Assembly (NCBI GenBank): GCA_964016885.1
Contig: OZ024742.1
Span: forward strand, 338,148,001-338,212,000
Direction of reading: 5' to 3'
Length of the DNA: 64,000 nucleotides
Origin: Eledone cirrhosa
Taxonomy: Eukaryota
In this document: positions 36,509-49,471 of the stretch, piece by piece
Position numbering within the stretch: position 1 is the stretch's first letter
How the letters are laid out: the number at the start of each line of letters is the position of its first letter
Position numbers and translations under genes: made by a program
Notes under the pieces: generated by a model
What the model was told of the DNA's origin: nothing
The model's database searches: none
What the model saw: only the letters and a program-made list of their open reading frames with translations

Positions 36509-38224
36509 TTTTCTTTTTCCATGTGGTCTACCTCTGGTGGTAGGGTCCGTACTGTAGATAGAACTCAATGTAATCCAGTAAAATCCATAGAGAAGTTCTG
36601 TTTCACTGACTTAATTCTTTAGATACAGTCAGATATTGGGTATTAAATTAACAATGAAAATAAAAACAACAAAGTTATAAAGTAACTTGACTTGGTTCCT
36701 TTTATATTCATTATTAATTTAATACCATATATATGCGCAGTGTGACAAGAAGCTTGCTTGCCAACCACATTTCCGGGTTCAGTCACACTGCCCGGGTTAA
36801 CCAAAGCCCTGTGAGTGCATTTGATAGACCAAAACTAAAAGAAGCCCGTCATATATATGTCTGTGTGTGTCTTTGCATTTGTGTTTGCCCTTCCACCAAT
36901 ACTTGTTTGCTTGTTGACGTCCCAATAACTTACCAAGGTGATGCTCCATCATGGGCGTAGTCCAGAAACAGGAAAAAAGCAAGTGTATATATAGATGTGT
37001 GTGTGTGTAGAAGAGGCGTCTCAACCTCAAGGGCACAAAAGAGCCATTACGTCCTGGAGGAGAGGCACAGTGGGCCAAACGTGGTGGTGGGTGATGATTT
37101 TCACCAGTTATAATCATTTCTACTATAAGCAAAAGGCATGAAATTTTGGGTTTAGGGTCCTGTCGATTACATCGATCCCAGTTCACAACTGGTACTTAAT
37201 TTATCGACCCCAAAAGGATGAAAGGCAAAATTGAGATTGGCGGAATTTGAACTCAGAACGTACAAACAGAAGTACTGTTAAGCATTTCGCCAGATGTGCT
37301 AACGATTCCACCAGTTCACCGGCTTATTTTCACCAGTTATAATGCAATCTGAAATATTGGTTCTACCATGGGCCATAGAAAAGTAGTTTGAAGCCCCTGT
37401 TGAAGAGATGGATAGATAGATAGACCACACACACATTTCCTACTCTGTCTGTCACTCCCTATTTCTCTATTCATTTATATATATATATATATATATATAC
37501 ATAAGGCATTGTCATGTTGAAAAGAACAGTGGCGTTTGACCCAGCAATAAAAACTGCAAACAAAATTCTTTCTGTAGCAATTCATTCGTTGCAACTAAGT
37601 TTGTGATCGAGGTATTTTATTTTGCATCTTTGGTATTTTGACTTTACAGTGTGAATTGTAGAATTGTCTATCTACTCAAAATATTGCAACAGCTAACAGT
37701 GAGATATAGAATTTAAAAAAAAAAAGCTTTTTCGACTGAGATCAAGTCTTTGAGAACATTCACGTCTATTTTTCAAAAATTTGAAATTCTTTGCTTTTGT
37801 TTTGGACTGAGACTTTTTTGGATATAATCTGTACGAGTATTTTTTTTATATTCTAACATAACTTGATTTGGTCCAATAAACTACTGATATCAAAATCAGT
37901 AGTATATTGATAAATGGAAAAATAGGGGGGGGGGGGTCATGATTTTGAGGGGCAAAAGGGGGTGTTTGCCCAAAATTGGTTGAGAACCTGTGATTTAGAT
38001 CTACGTAAATTCTTATTTCTACCTATACCTTCTTTCCTTTCTTCCATTCCCATTCATGTCTACTTATTTCTATCACTAATCTGTTTTCTTTCTTGATAGA
38101 AGTGATAGTTCATTATTTATTTTTAGTTTGTAGTTAAACATGTTACATAAAAGAACTTTTAGTTAATTTAAAGAAAATGAGAGACCATTTCGTTGGTATA
38201 CCCAGGTCAGACTGTGTGTATATG

Positions 38225-39810
38225 TATTATATATGACATATTCCTATTTCTGACTTACTATGTGTATATATTTCCAGTATCTGACTTACTATATATTTAT
38301 TGTGTATATATTTCCAATATCAGTCATACTGTCATATATATCCTATATCAGTCATACTGTCATATATATTCCTATATCTGACTTATGTATATATTTCCAA
38401 TATCAGTCATACTGTATATATATCCTATATCAGTCATACTGTCATATATATTCCTATATCTAACTTATGTATATATTACCAATATCAGACATACTGTATA
38501 TATATCCTATATCAGACATACTGTATATATATCCTATATCAGACATACTGTCATATATATTCCTATATCTAACTTATTATGTATATATCATAGATTTTAC
38601 ATGTGGCCGGTGTTCTGGTGCAATAAGTAGCAGCAAGTGTCCACAAAATACTAGCTCTTTCAATTGCGCAGAGGGTTCTATAGAAATAGTGGACAGCTTC
38701 CGTTACCTGGGCGATAAAATCAGCAGTGGGGGAGGGTGCTCTGAAAGTACTGTAGCTAGAGTCAGAACTGGTTGGAAAAAGTTCAGAGAGCTTATACCAC
38801 TATTAGCTGCTAAAGGGTTCTCCCTAAAAATGAAAGGCAGGTTGTACGATGCCTGCATACGAACAGCAATGTTGCATGGCAGTGAGACCTGGGCATTGTG
38901 TGCAGAGGATATACGCAGACTAGAGAGGAACGAAGCTTGCATGCTCCGCTGGATGTGTAACAGTAATATACGTGAACGGCAAAGCATAAACGAACTAAGG
39001 AAAAAATTAGAGATAAGAGGGATCAGATGTTGTTTACTCGAGAGAAGGCTACGTTGGTATGGACACGTGATGCGCATGAAAGTCGATAGCTGTATAACAA
39101 AGTGCAGGGCAATAAAGATAGACGGTAGCCACGGAATAGGCAGACCTAGAAAAACCTGGGACGAGCTGATAAACTCCGACCTCACACACTTACACCTCTC
39201 CAAGACAATGTCACTGGACCGAGACCTTTGGCGGTACTCAGTAACAGAGAAGACCCGCCTTGCCAGTAGGCATCTCTAACAAAATACACCCCGTCCCACC
39301 ACCACCCCCACCCCATCCACACCACCCCGTTCTATGTAAAGTTATGTTGGTGCCGCGCCATCCAGGCCGAAACAAATGAGATCGTGTAGGTGTCACGACA
39401 AAAAAACACACAGTCCACGCTGTAATGTGGCCGTGTAGGCAACACGGTAAAAACCTCCCAGACCCACACTGTAAATGTGGTTGGTGTTAGGAAGGGCATC
39501 CAACTGTAGAAAACCTGCCAGACAGTCCTATGCGAGCAAGACAATCACTCTTGCCTCAAGTGGGACTACCCCCGTCCAAACCCATGCAAGCGTGGAACAC
39601 GGACGTTAAACGTTGATGATGATGATGATGATGATTACCAATATCAGACATACTGTATATATATCCTATATCAGTCATACTGTCATATATATTCCTATAT
39701 CTAACTTATTATGTATATATTACCAATATCAGACATACTGTATATATATCCTATATCAGTCATACTGTCATATATATTCCTATATCTGACTTATTATGTA
39801 TATATTACCA
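38225..39810. repeat. AT-rich minisatellite (~26-28 bp, TATATATCCTATATCAGTCATACTG-like) interrupted by an RTE
   Basis: Arrays at 38225-38588 and 39636-39810; only a few units at the paralogous site 25340-25470. Confidence 0.85.
38589..39635 (+). mobile_element. Young 5'-truncated RTE LINE
   Basis: Open frame FTCGRC..DSFRYLGD..RRLRWYGHV..GRPRKTW to the stop at 39279, then 3' UTR and (GAT)n tail; near-identical to 55309-56173. Confidence 0.93.
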
Positions 39811-40043
39811 TGATTGTAGTCAAGACACTTTTCTCTAATGACTTACAATGTGTCAACAGTGAAAATATCCCTAATATTTTATTCTCTCTTTATATATTTC
39901 AGATTCTCTGAAACTGTTTCTTTACAACTGAAACATCTTCAGACTTTCACAAAGATAACAGTTGAAGAAAATATAGTGTTGAAAATATTTTGTGAAAAAT
40001 TCAAGAAGAAAAGTAATTTTCCGTTTTGTAAAGAATATTTGAA

Positions 40044-41909
40044 ATGATGGAGAAAAAAGCATACCATTTAGTTACCTGTGGTCAATCTTTCCATTCTAAT
40101 TCTTCTTTAACTATACACAAACATATTCACATTGGAGAAAAACCATACCGTTGTGAAATCTGTGGTAAAGCTTTCTCTCAGAGAATTAATTTATTAACTC
40201 ATTCTTGTAGTCACACAGGAAAAAAACCATACCACTGTGATATCTGTGGTAAAACATTTTCCGTTAAATATTATATAACTACACACAAACGTATTCATAC
40301 AGGAGAGAAACCATACCACTGTGATATCTGTGGTAAAACATTTTCTACAAAGCATCAATTAAATGTACACAAGTATACTCACACAGGAGAACGACCATTT
40401 GAATGCGATATTTGTGGTAAAACATTTTCTAATAAAAGCACTTTAACGTACCATAAACATATTCATACGGGAGAAAAACCATACAAATGTGATACATGTG
40501 GTAAGAGTTTTGCACTGAGTCAGTATTTATCTAACCACAAACTTATACATACAGGAGAGAAGCCATACCACTGTGATATTTGTGGTAAGACATTCCGTCT
40601 AAATAGACAGTTATCTGAACACAAACGTGTTCACACAGGCGATAAGCCACACCATTGTGATATCTGTGGTAAAGCCTTCAGACTTTCTGGTCATTTAACT
40701 ATACACAAACGTACTCACACTGGAGAGAAACCATTTCGTTGTGATATCTGTGGTAAGTCATCCACAACTAGTTCTGATTTAGCCAAACACAAACTTGTTC
40801 ATACTGGAGATAAACCATATCCGTGTGATATCTGTGGTAAAAACTTTTCTAGCAATGGAGATTTAACCAGACACAAACGTATTCACACAGGAGAGAAGCC
40901 ATACCATTGTGATATCTGTGGTAAAACATTCACTCACTCGAGTTCTGTTTCATCTCATAAACGTATTCATACTGGACAAAGACGATATCCTTGCAATATC
41001 TGTGGTAAAATATTCACAGCTGGTAATTCTTTATCTAACCACCAAAATATTCACACAGGAGAGAAGCCAAACAAATGTGATATCTGTGGTAAAGCATTTT
41101 CTAAAAGGTGTAATTTATTGAGGCATAAACGTCTTCACACTGGAGAAAAACCACATCACTGTGATATCTGTAGTAAGACCTTCTCTGATAGTGGTTCCTT
41201 GAAAATACACACTCGTTCTCACACAGGAGAGAAGCCATACCGGTGTGATATCTGTGGTAAATCATTGTCTCAAAATAGTCATTTGTTGAACCATAAACGT
41301 ATTCACACAGGAGAGAAACCACATCACTGTGATATCTGTGGTAAGTCATTCTCAACTATTGCTTCTTTAGCCCAACACAAAACTATTCATAGTGGAGATA
41401 AACCATACCCTTGTGATATCTGTGGTAAATACTATTCTACTAATATTATTTTAACTAGACACAAACTTATTCACACAGGAGAGAAGCCATATCATTGTGT
41501 TATATGTGGTAAGACGTTCAGTAACCCAAGTTCTCTTTCATCTCATAAACATACTCATACTGGACATACTAGAGAAAAACATCATTGTAATATCTGTGGT
41601 AAAACATTCACAGCTAGTCATACTTTATCTGAACACAAAACTATTCACACAGGAGAGAAGCCACACCAATGTGATATCTGTGGTAAAGCATTTTCTCAGA
41701 AAAGTAATGTGTTGAGACATAAACGTCTTCACACAGGAGAGAAACCACATCATTGTGACTTCTGTAGTAAGACCTTCTCTTGTAGTAGTAACTTGAAAGA
41801 ACACACTCGCACTCACACAGGAGAGAAACCATACCAATGTAAAATTTGTGGTAAATCATTCTCTAAATATGGTAATTTATGGAGCCATAAACGTATTCAC
41901 ACAGGATAG
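40044..41909 (+). CDS. C2H2 zinc-finger protein (ZNF-C), 621 aa, close paralog of ZNF-B, truncated by TAG
   Basis: First finger degenerate (C>L), then 21 intact fingers. The stop is a GAG>TAG change in a TGEKP linker. Acceptor AG at 39901-39902. Confidence 0.88.
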   Translation: MMEKKAYHLVTCGQSFHSNSSLTIHKHIHIGEKPYRCEICGKAFSQRINLLTHSCSHTGKKPYHCDICGKTFSVKYYITTHKRIHTGEKPYHCDICGKTFSTKHQLNVHKYTHTGERPFECDICGKTFSNKSTLTYHKHIHTGEKPYKCDTCGKSFALSQYLSNHKLIHTGEKPYHCDICGKTFRLNRQLSEHKRVHTGDKPHHCDICGKAFRLSGHLTIHKRTHTGEKPFRCDICGKSSTTSSDLAKHKLVHTGDKPYPCDICGKNFSSNGDLTRHKRIHTGEKPYHCDICGKTFTHSSSVSSHKRIHTGQRRYPCNICGKIFTAGNSLSNHQNIHTGEKPNKCDICGKAFSKRCNLLRHKRLHTGEKPHHCDICSKTFSDSGSLKIHTRSHTGEKPYRCDICGKSLSQNSHLLNHKRIHTGEKPHHCDICGKSFSTIASLAQHKTIHSGDKPYPCDICGKYYSTNIILTRHKLIHTGEKPYHCVICGKTFSNPSSLSSHKHTHTGHTREKHHCNICGKTFTASHTLSEHKTIHTGEKPHQCDICGKAFSQKSNVLRHKRLHTGEKPHHCDFCSKTFSCSSNLKEHTRTHTGEKPYQCKICGKSFSKYGNLWSHKRIHTG

Positions 41910-42444
<535 letters not shown>

Positions 42445-42819
42445 GAGGAATAAAGTCAACACACTCCAAATTCTGTCACAGACATGTTTCACTTCTCTCT
42501 GCTTTTTCTACCACAACTCCTGTGGCCTCTGTTCCTCATAGGTGGCTACTTTTGTAACAATTCTACTGAAGTTCTAACGTACTTAAGTCACATGTCACTT
42601 CCGATATTGCCTGCCAACACTAACTACTTACATTGTATAATCATCATCATTTTCCATTGACTGTTCTATGCTGGCATGGGTTGGATGGGACTTTTTGAGG
42701 CAATGTTTTACAGCTACCAATCTTTCAGTCACTTCCTATGGCATGCGGGTATATGGTCTACATATTCTAAACCGGATACACTAATTTTGTCACTGTTGTG
42801 CAATGTTTTTTTAATTATT

Positions 42820-44030
42820 TTGAATAAAAACCACCTGATCGCCTATAGATCCAGGGAGCATTCTAGTCAGATAGATTTTATCCTTACTAGAGGACGTGAT
42901 AAATGAATGGTTGTAAACACGAAAGCCTTCCCTGGTGAAGAATGTGCCTCACAACAGAATCTAGTAGTCAACGACCTCATTGTTAGAGCTAGACAAACTT
43001 GGAAACAGAAGACAACATGGAGAAGAAAGGTCTGGAAGCTGAAAGAGCCATAACCACGTGTATTGTAAATGAAGAAATACTAGATGGCGTTGTACTGAAT
43101 GATAGGTGCAGCAGCATCATTGTCAACTGCTACAAGTGTAAAGGAGACGTATTAGATAGAGGCATCAAGGTAATGAACCAGGTCTTGAAAGTAATAGAGA
43201 GAGTTGTTGCACAACTGATTAGGAACCGGGTAAATCTAGACGAGATGCAATTCAGATTTGTACAGGCAAAAGCATCACAGATGCTCTCTCCTTTGTGAGA
43301 CAGTTACAGGAAAAGTACCAAGCTAAAAGTAAGCCGCTCTACCTGGCATTTGTTGACCTGGAAAAAGCATTCGACAGAGTGCCCTGTGCCATAATCTGGT
43401 GGGCCCTTAAAAAACTAGGACTAGATGAGTTGCTTGTGAAGGCAGTACAAGCCATGTATAGGGGAGCAGTTAACAAACTTAGAATTAACTCTGAGTTTAT
43501 TGAGGAATTTGGCGTACAGTATGGCATCCATCAGAGCTCTGTTCTTAGCCCTTTCCTACTTATCATACTACAGGCTGTAACAGAGGAGTTTAAGACAGGC
43601 AGCCCATGGGAACTCCTGTATGTGGATGATCTTACAGACATAGAATCTATGGTGGAACTAGAGAAGAAATTCCAAACATGGAAGCAGTGCCTTGAAAAAG
43701 GGGTCTTAAAGTCTACTTGACAAAGATTAAGGTCCTAGTAAGTAGAAGAGAAAACAGATCAGTGATTTCCTCAGGGAAATGGCCTTGCTTTATATGTAGG
43801 AAATATGTAGGTAGGGATTCCATCTGTCCCAAATGCAAACTGGATACACGAGAGATATAGTGGCATCTGAAGCAGTTTAGTTAGAATGTAGGCTTTACAT
43901 GTAGCAGTTGCACTGGGTCAATGAGCAGCAAAAGACCACAGGAAACAAATGTTATCAAATTCTGGGAAGACTCAGAAATAACAGTAGACAGCTTCTGCTA
44001 CCTGGGTGACCAAATTAGCAGTGGAGGTGT
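42820..44030 (+). mobile_element. Decayed RTE LINE (paralog of 29110-30092)
   Basis: RQLQEKYQAKSKPLYLAFVDLEKAFDRVP...WELLYVDDL. Confidence 0.9.
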
Positions 44031-45239
44031 ATTCTCACTCAGTGGTAATTATTCAAGTAAAATGTCCATTGATCGATTGTGATTGAATAGTGTGTTATTG
44101 GCTACCAAGATAATACAGATTATGGTTGCCTACCAACTGGAAATAATACACAGAAATGTATTGATGTCAAGTGAGATCTGATGAGCAAATACATTTAATG
44201 TATGGCTTCTTTATGTAAAAGTCGTTATAGCTGATGAATAGTAAATCATTAAATGGTGATGTTTGAATATCAATCAAGCCAAATTTGCAAACTACAATTT
44301 CTAAAACATGCCAAAAAATCCAAATATGGTCCATGTAATGGATAGATGTATTCTTTTCAGGATGAATGATAAAAAGAGTGATGCCAGAATTGTGATGTTG
44401 ACAATGTTTATTTTACAATAACAAAATTCACTTATTGTTACATTGAATATCAAGTAATAAAATTGTTACAGTAATTATCACTGCATTATTTTCTTACTAA
44501 CTACTTCGAGCTAGCGTGTATGCATGTAAGGCTAGGAGAGACAAAGTAAAAGGTCTGTAGATAGTGAATGGCTACATCGTTAACTTCTCACAGAATGCTG
44601 CTTTGGGATCTCAAGTACTTGTATTTATAATAACCCTATAGCTAGAAGGATGTGTATATGAGTTGATTTATGAGTAGCCATGTGTGTTTCATTTGTCAAG
44701 AAAACTGGGGCACAGGTCAAGTGGCATATACATTTATCATAGTTGTCTCTCGACAGGACAATGGTGGGAACTCCCAACAATTTTTATAGCAAACATATAA
44801 TCAGTTGAATTACTACATTTGTTCCTCTTATACAGTGACTCTATTTAGTTGAGAACAATACTGCACACTCTGTGATGCAGCATAGCAGTCTGGGCATGTA
44901 CTTTTTTCACTGACCAGTATATTTCCTCTGCAGTTAACTAGAAGATTATATTAGAAGTAAGTGATTCAATATGTCTTGCCATTAAGATTTGATTGAAGTT
45001 TTGATTCAAGTGGAGTTGATCTAGATAAAGTGGGTTATACCCAAGAATGTGGGTTTAGCCTGTTTGATAAGTTCTTGGCAAAACAATTCATAGCAACTCA
45101 AATTTGATATTGACAAAAAAAAAAAATAATAATAAATGAATGTATCTATTGAATTTAAAAAAAATAGTTATTTGTCAATCTGAGTTACAAAACCTTGTTT
45201 AAATCATCATTTGTCCAAGGTGGTTCAACTAGTCATGTT

Positions 45240-46200
45240 CCGAATAATCATCTGAGCGATGCTGCAAATGTATGTTTGCAGTTTCTTTGTGATTCTTTCT
45301 CCACCAAAGAGTACACAGCAGTCTGGATCAAGTTGGAGGTTGGCATAAGAATGGGCAATCTCACCTACGTGTTGGCAATGGAGGTCATCCTGAGGGTAGC
45401 AATGTGTTGGTCAGGTACAACAGTGCTTGGAGAGGGATTTCGAATAGATCCTCTGAAAGCCTTCATGGACGACACTACAGTCCTTGCCACAAAGGAAGAT
45501 GAAACACGTAGGCAAGGACTGGCTGTATAAAAATGGAATGGTCGTTAGAGGCCGGTGGAAGGATGAGAAGTCTAATTTTAGAGGTGAAGAAAATAGAGAA
45601 TTCCAGGCGGCAGTACAGCAGAGCCAACAGGGTCTGGATGGTTTGTGGCGTAAGGCACCTTTATGAATCATTTCGAATATGAATTTAGTTAAGTGGGGCT
45701 AATAAGATAGCTCCGAGTACACACTCTGTCAGGGTAGACAGACGGTGGTACACATTCTGAGCTCATGCAGAGTAGCACTAGCCCAGGGTAGATTTGGAGA
45801 CACAATCAAGTAGTTAAGGAAATCATACATGTCATAACTACGACAAAAACAAAACCCATTGTACGAGAATCTCCAACATCATTCTATATGGCAGGAGGCA
45901 GCAAATGAAGGCTAGGAACAGCTATGCCATACGGGGTACAAGAATCAAGTTTTCTGAATTGTACGTATGACTGGCTGGATGTGTACATCAGGCCTCCTAG
46001 GGTCAGCAAAGCAAACAGAAATCCTCAGAAAGAATGGTTTGAGGCCGGATATCATATTCCATTTAAATTCATCAAATTAGCTGATTTTGATTGAACTGAC
46101 CATGTCATTTAAAAGTAGAATAGAAGAAGCACATATGTTCAAGACCGAAGGATACGCCAGTTTGGTCAACAGGCTGAGAAATGCCGACTTCCGAGTCAGG
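45240..46200 (+). mobile_element. HERO-like remnant (paralog of 31620-32690)
   Basis: LAMEVILRVA..PLKAFMDDTTVL plus the same CCHC and RLE pieces. Confidence 0.8.
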
Positions 46201-49002
46201 ATGAGGTGGATCAAAAGCGGCCTCCATCCCGTTTGAGGGCACAGTGTTTGTATTTTACACAGACTAGGTGAAATAACTGAGTGCGCCGTGTTTTGTAGTG
46301 GTGGCGGCGACGGTGATACTGTTTGTTCTCCGCCATCATGAATACCACCATTACTTTTCCAAGATCAAGAAAATATAAATTTGAAATCAGAGGCAACGGA
46401 GATGAGAACCAGCTAGATCCTGTTAACAAAATCACAATGCTGTTATAATACACAGAAGGTCTTCGCTACCAGAATGGCTAAATGCCAACAGAAGGGTACC
46501 CAGGAGCCATGACTTTGATGCGGTCTGGACCTTCTAGAGCGTATGAAGTTAAGGGCAGAAGCTCATGCTCGTGGGGTCTGTGAAGACCTGCTCTCCTAAG
46601 AGTTTCTTACCACCACCCAGACCCTTCGTCCGACCCCCACTCTTTCTCTCTCTCACTTTTCCACCCTTACATTTCATACACGATTCTCCTTTCTTATTAC
46701 TTCACACTTTCCCCCTTTCTCTTTTTTTCTCCCTCACCTTATTTACTGCGGAATTATATGTTTATTTACTTCCGCCGGCCATTACGTTTCCTTAATTCTC
46801 AGTCAAAATATTTTGGTCTGAAATTTTACATCTTTTCCCTTCTCACCTTTCTGATATAAAGTAACTTTATCTGAAATATATTATCTGTCCCACACGGAAC
46901 ATATGAGATTAACAATAGAGAAATATTTGAATTGAAAAACTATCGGAGGAACATACGAAGAAGAGGTAAGTAATTTTGAAAGAATTTGTTTTTTAAATTT
47001 TATTAATAAACGTGAATTGTTGGTGATATTCTGTGTAACTTACAACATATAAATATATATGAATAAATAATCTACAAACGATCAACGTGACAACATCTGC
47101 TTCATTAACAAAATTACATTTGTTCCACCTCGACTCTATTTTATCAACATTGGCCGCCAATTATGTTATCAAACCAACTCCTTTCTCTTCCCAATTGTCT
47201 CCTACTGAAATCGGTGGGGTTATCTTTATATAGATCTACCCTATATCATTCTAAAATAACAGGAATTATCGGCACACTATTTTTTTAGCCTGTCACATTT
47301 TAATTTAATTTGGTGAGCTAGTCCTCTGACTACGAGGTTCTTGTCACTGTTAGTGGCTCACCTTATTTAATGTATTAAGTGATGTTCACGTGGTTGCCCG
47401 GTTATTCTAGCGGCAATACTCCTGTTTTGTTGACTTGCCTGAAAAGTTATTAGAGGGAAAATTCCAGTCCCTTTGGGGCTGTGTGATTGAGTGCCCTAAC
47501 CACCCGCCCCTTTATATATTTATACATAAGAATTTGACACAGTTCAGTTTATGCAAACAAAGAAAGCTGAAACTGGTGCATAGCCCCACAACCCTGACAC
47601 CGATCAACGCAGCTCCTTGCACTAGTTTTTGGTATCACAATGAGTTCATTGTCACACATCTTTTGTGTCCTCCATCACTGACAGTCCCGTGTCAGCCTTT
47701 CTGCATTCTCCAAGGTGAAGTCGAGCTTCTGGAGATCTTCCTTAATCACATCTAGCCATTTTGTGCAAGCCTCTTCCAACCCTCAGCTGCTGCATTAAAC
47801 GAGAGTAAGGCACTTCTAATATGATCTGGCAGAAGACAGACAACGTGTGTACCAACGCATGCAGCAGATGTCTCTGAGAGAGGGGAATTGCAGGCTGATG
47901 TGTGTGTGCATGCAACTGTTAATCCTTTTAGTTAGGGGCTACGTTTCTGTTCCATAGTGAACAGACCGAAGCATTGTAGATATGGAGCTTCGTCTTCCAG
48001 AACATAGAGCAGTGGTATGAAAGAGGCTTCTGTAGGGAATGCATAAACCCGATGGCTAGATCACATCTGCATATGGGGGTCAGGTCTCCATTGTTGGTGA
48101 TTGTGGAGTCCAGGTAAATGTAGGAGCTGATGAACTCCACAATACTGGGGCCAGTATGAAGCAGGGGAGGGTGTGGGTCTTCGCCCAGGTCACCTGAAAG
48201 CCAAATTTTGCCAATTCCTTCCTGAGCTGGTTGATCGAGTTGATGAATAAGGTTGTTCCAGAAAGCAATGCCAGAAACTCGTTCACAGACCTTGGTCATC
48301 AGATAGTCACCGTTGAAGAGATCAGAGGCAAACATGCCCTTTCTGAAACTGCTGTTAATGGGGTCCCAGATGGAGTCCTTCCCGTTCATCCACATGCAAC
48401 TCTTGGCACTGCTATAGAACCATTGAAGCAGGGTGGTGTGCCGATGAGGCTGAGAATTTTCAATAGGGATGCGTGGTCGTCCATGTTGAAAACTGCGTTG
48501 TGTCAGCGAAAGAAACATATAGGTCCTGATGATTGTGGAATTCCCAAAGTCTATTAATAATGAAATTGGAGGATTGAAATGTGGGTGGTGGTAGATCAAT
48601 TTGGCAGGAATCTGGCTTGTTGTAGGTGACGTCTGCTTCTAATGGTTGAGAATGATCTCGGTGAAGAGCTTCCTCAGGTTAGGGAAGAGATGCCCCTGTG
48701 TTTGTTACAGATGAGTTTGTCACCCTTCCGCTTCCAGAAAGATAGGATGATGCTCCACTGTCCAGTCAATTGTGAGCTGCTCCGACACCTATATTTATAG
48801 TTGATGATGCGTGTGACTTACTGGTTCATTATCTCCATCCGCCTGCAACATCTCCACAGCAGATTCCAAGGGGTTTGTGGTTGTTGAGCTTCTTCTGGAT
48901 TTCACTGACTTTGTCAGGGGTGACAGGATCGAGACAGCAAGTGTTGTTGCTTGTAGCTGTCTTTGGTGATGGCTAGGCTGGGAACGATTGGGATGGTTAG
49001 GT

Positions 49003-49471
49003 TTTAGGTGACTGGTATTGATATATATATTACTTATAATAATATTAAAAAGAATAAGAATAGCTGGTGCGTGTTTGTACAAAGTCTTATATCACAGGAG
49101 TCAATAATAACACAACAGAAATATTTTTCCCACGTGTCTTGATGGTGTAGTTGGTGAGTTGGTCTCGACTCCAAGACGAGCGTATAAAGAAGAGAGAGAG
49201 AAGGCTGGAGTCATCTCTAGGGAGAGAAGGCAGAAGTCATCTCTAGAGAGAAAAGGCAGAAATCATCTCTAGGGAGAGGAAGCAGAAGTCATCTCTAGAG
49301 AGAAAAGGCAGAAATCATCTCTTCATAGGCAGAAGTCAGCTCCAAAATTATGCGTGTTGTCTCTTCGCAAGTCGCCGCCGGAGAGTGAAATATTTTTGGT
49401 GACGTCAAAGCTATGTGCAGATAACTCTGCATAACTGTCTCCAAGCACACGACAGGTGTCGCTTCGCTACA
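49003..49471. mobile_element. Solo LTR (469 bp), 4-bp TSD AGGT
   Basis: AGGT|TTTAG...CTACA|AGGT (TGTAG/CTACA termini with one mismatch). The empty site at 19552 has a single AGGT. Internal ~26-bp tandem repeat at 49208-49340. Confidence 0.75.

Noticed and set aside
37562-37620. Possible 34-nt micro-exon (TTCTGTAG|...GAG|GTATTT)
   Set aside because: The acceptor is not conserved in unit 1 and there is no transcript evidence.
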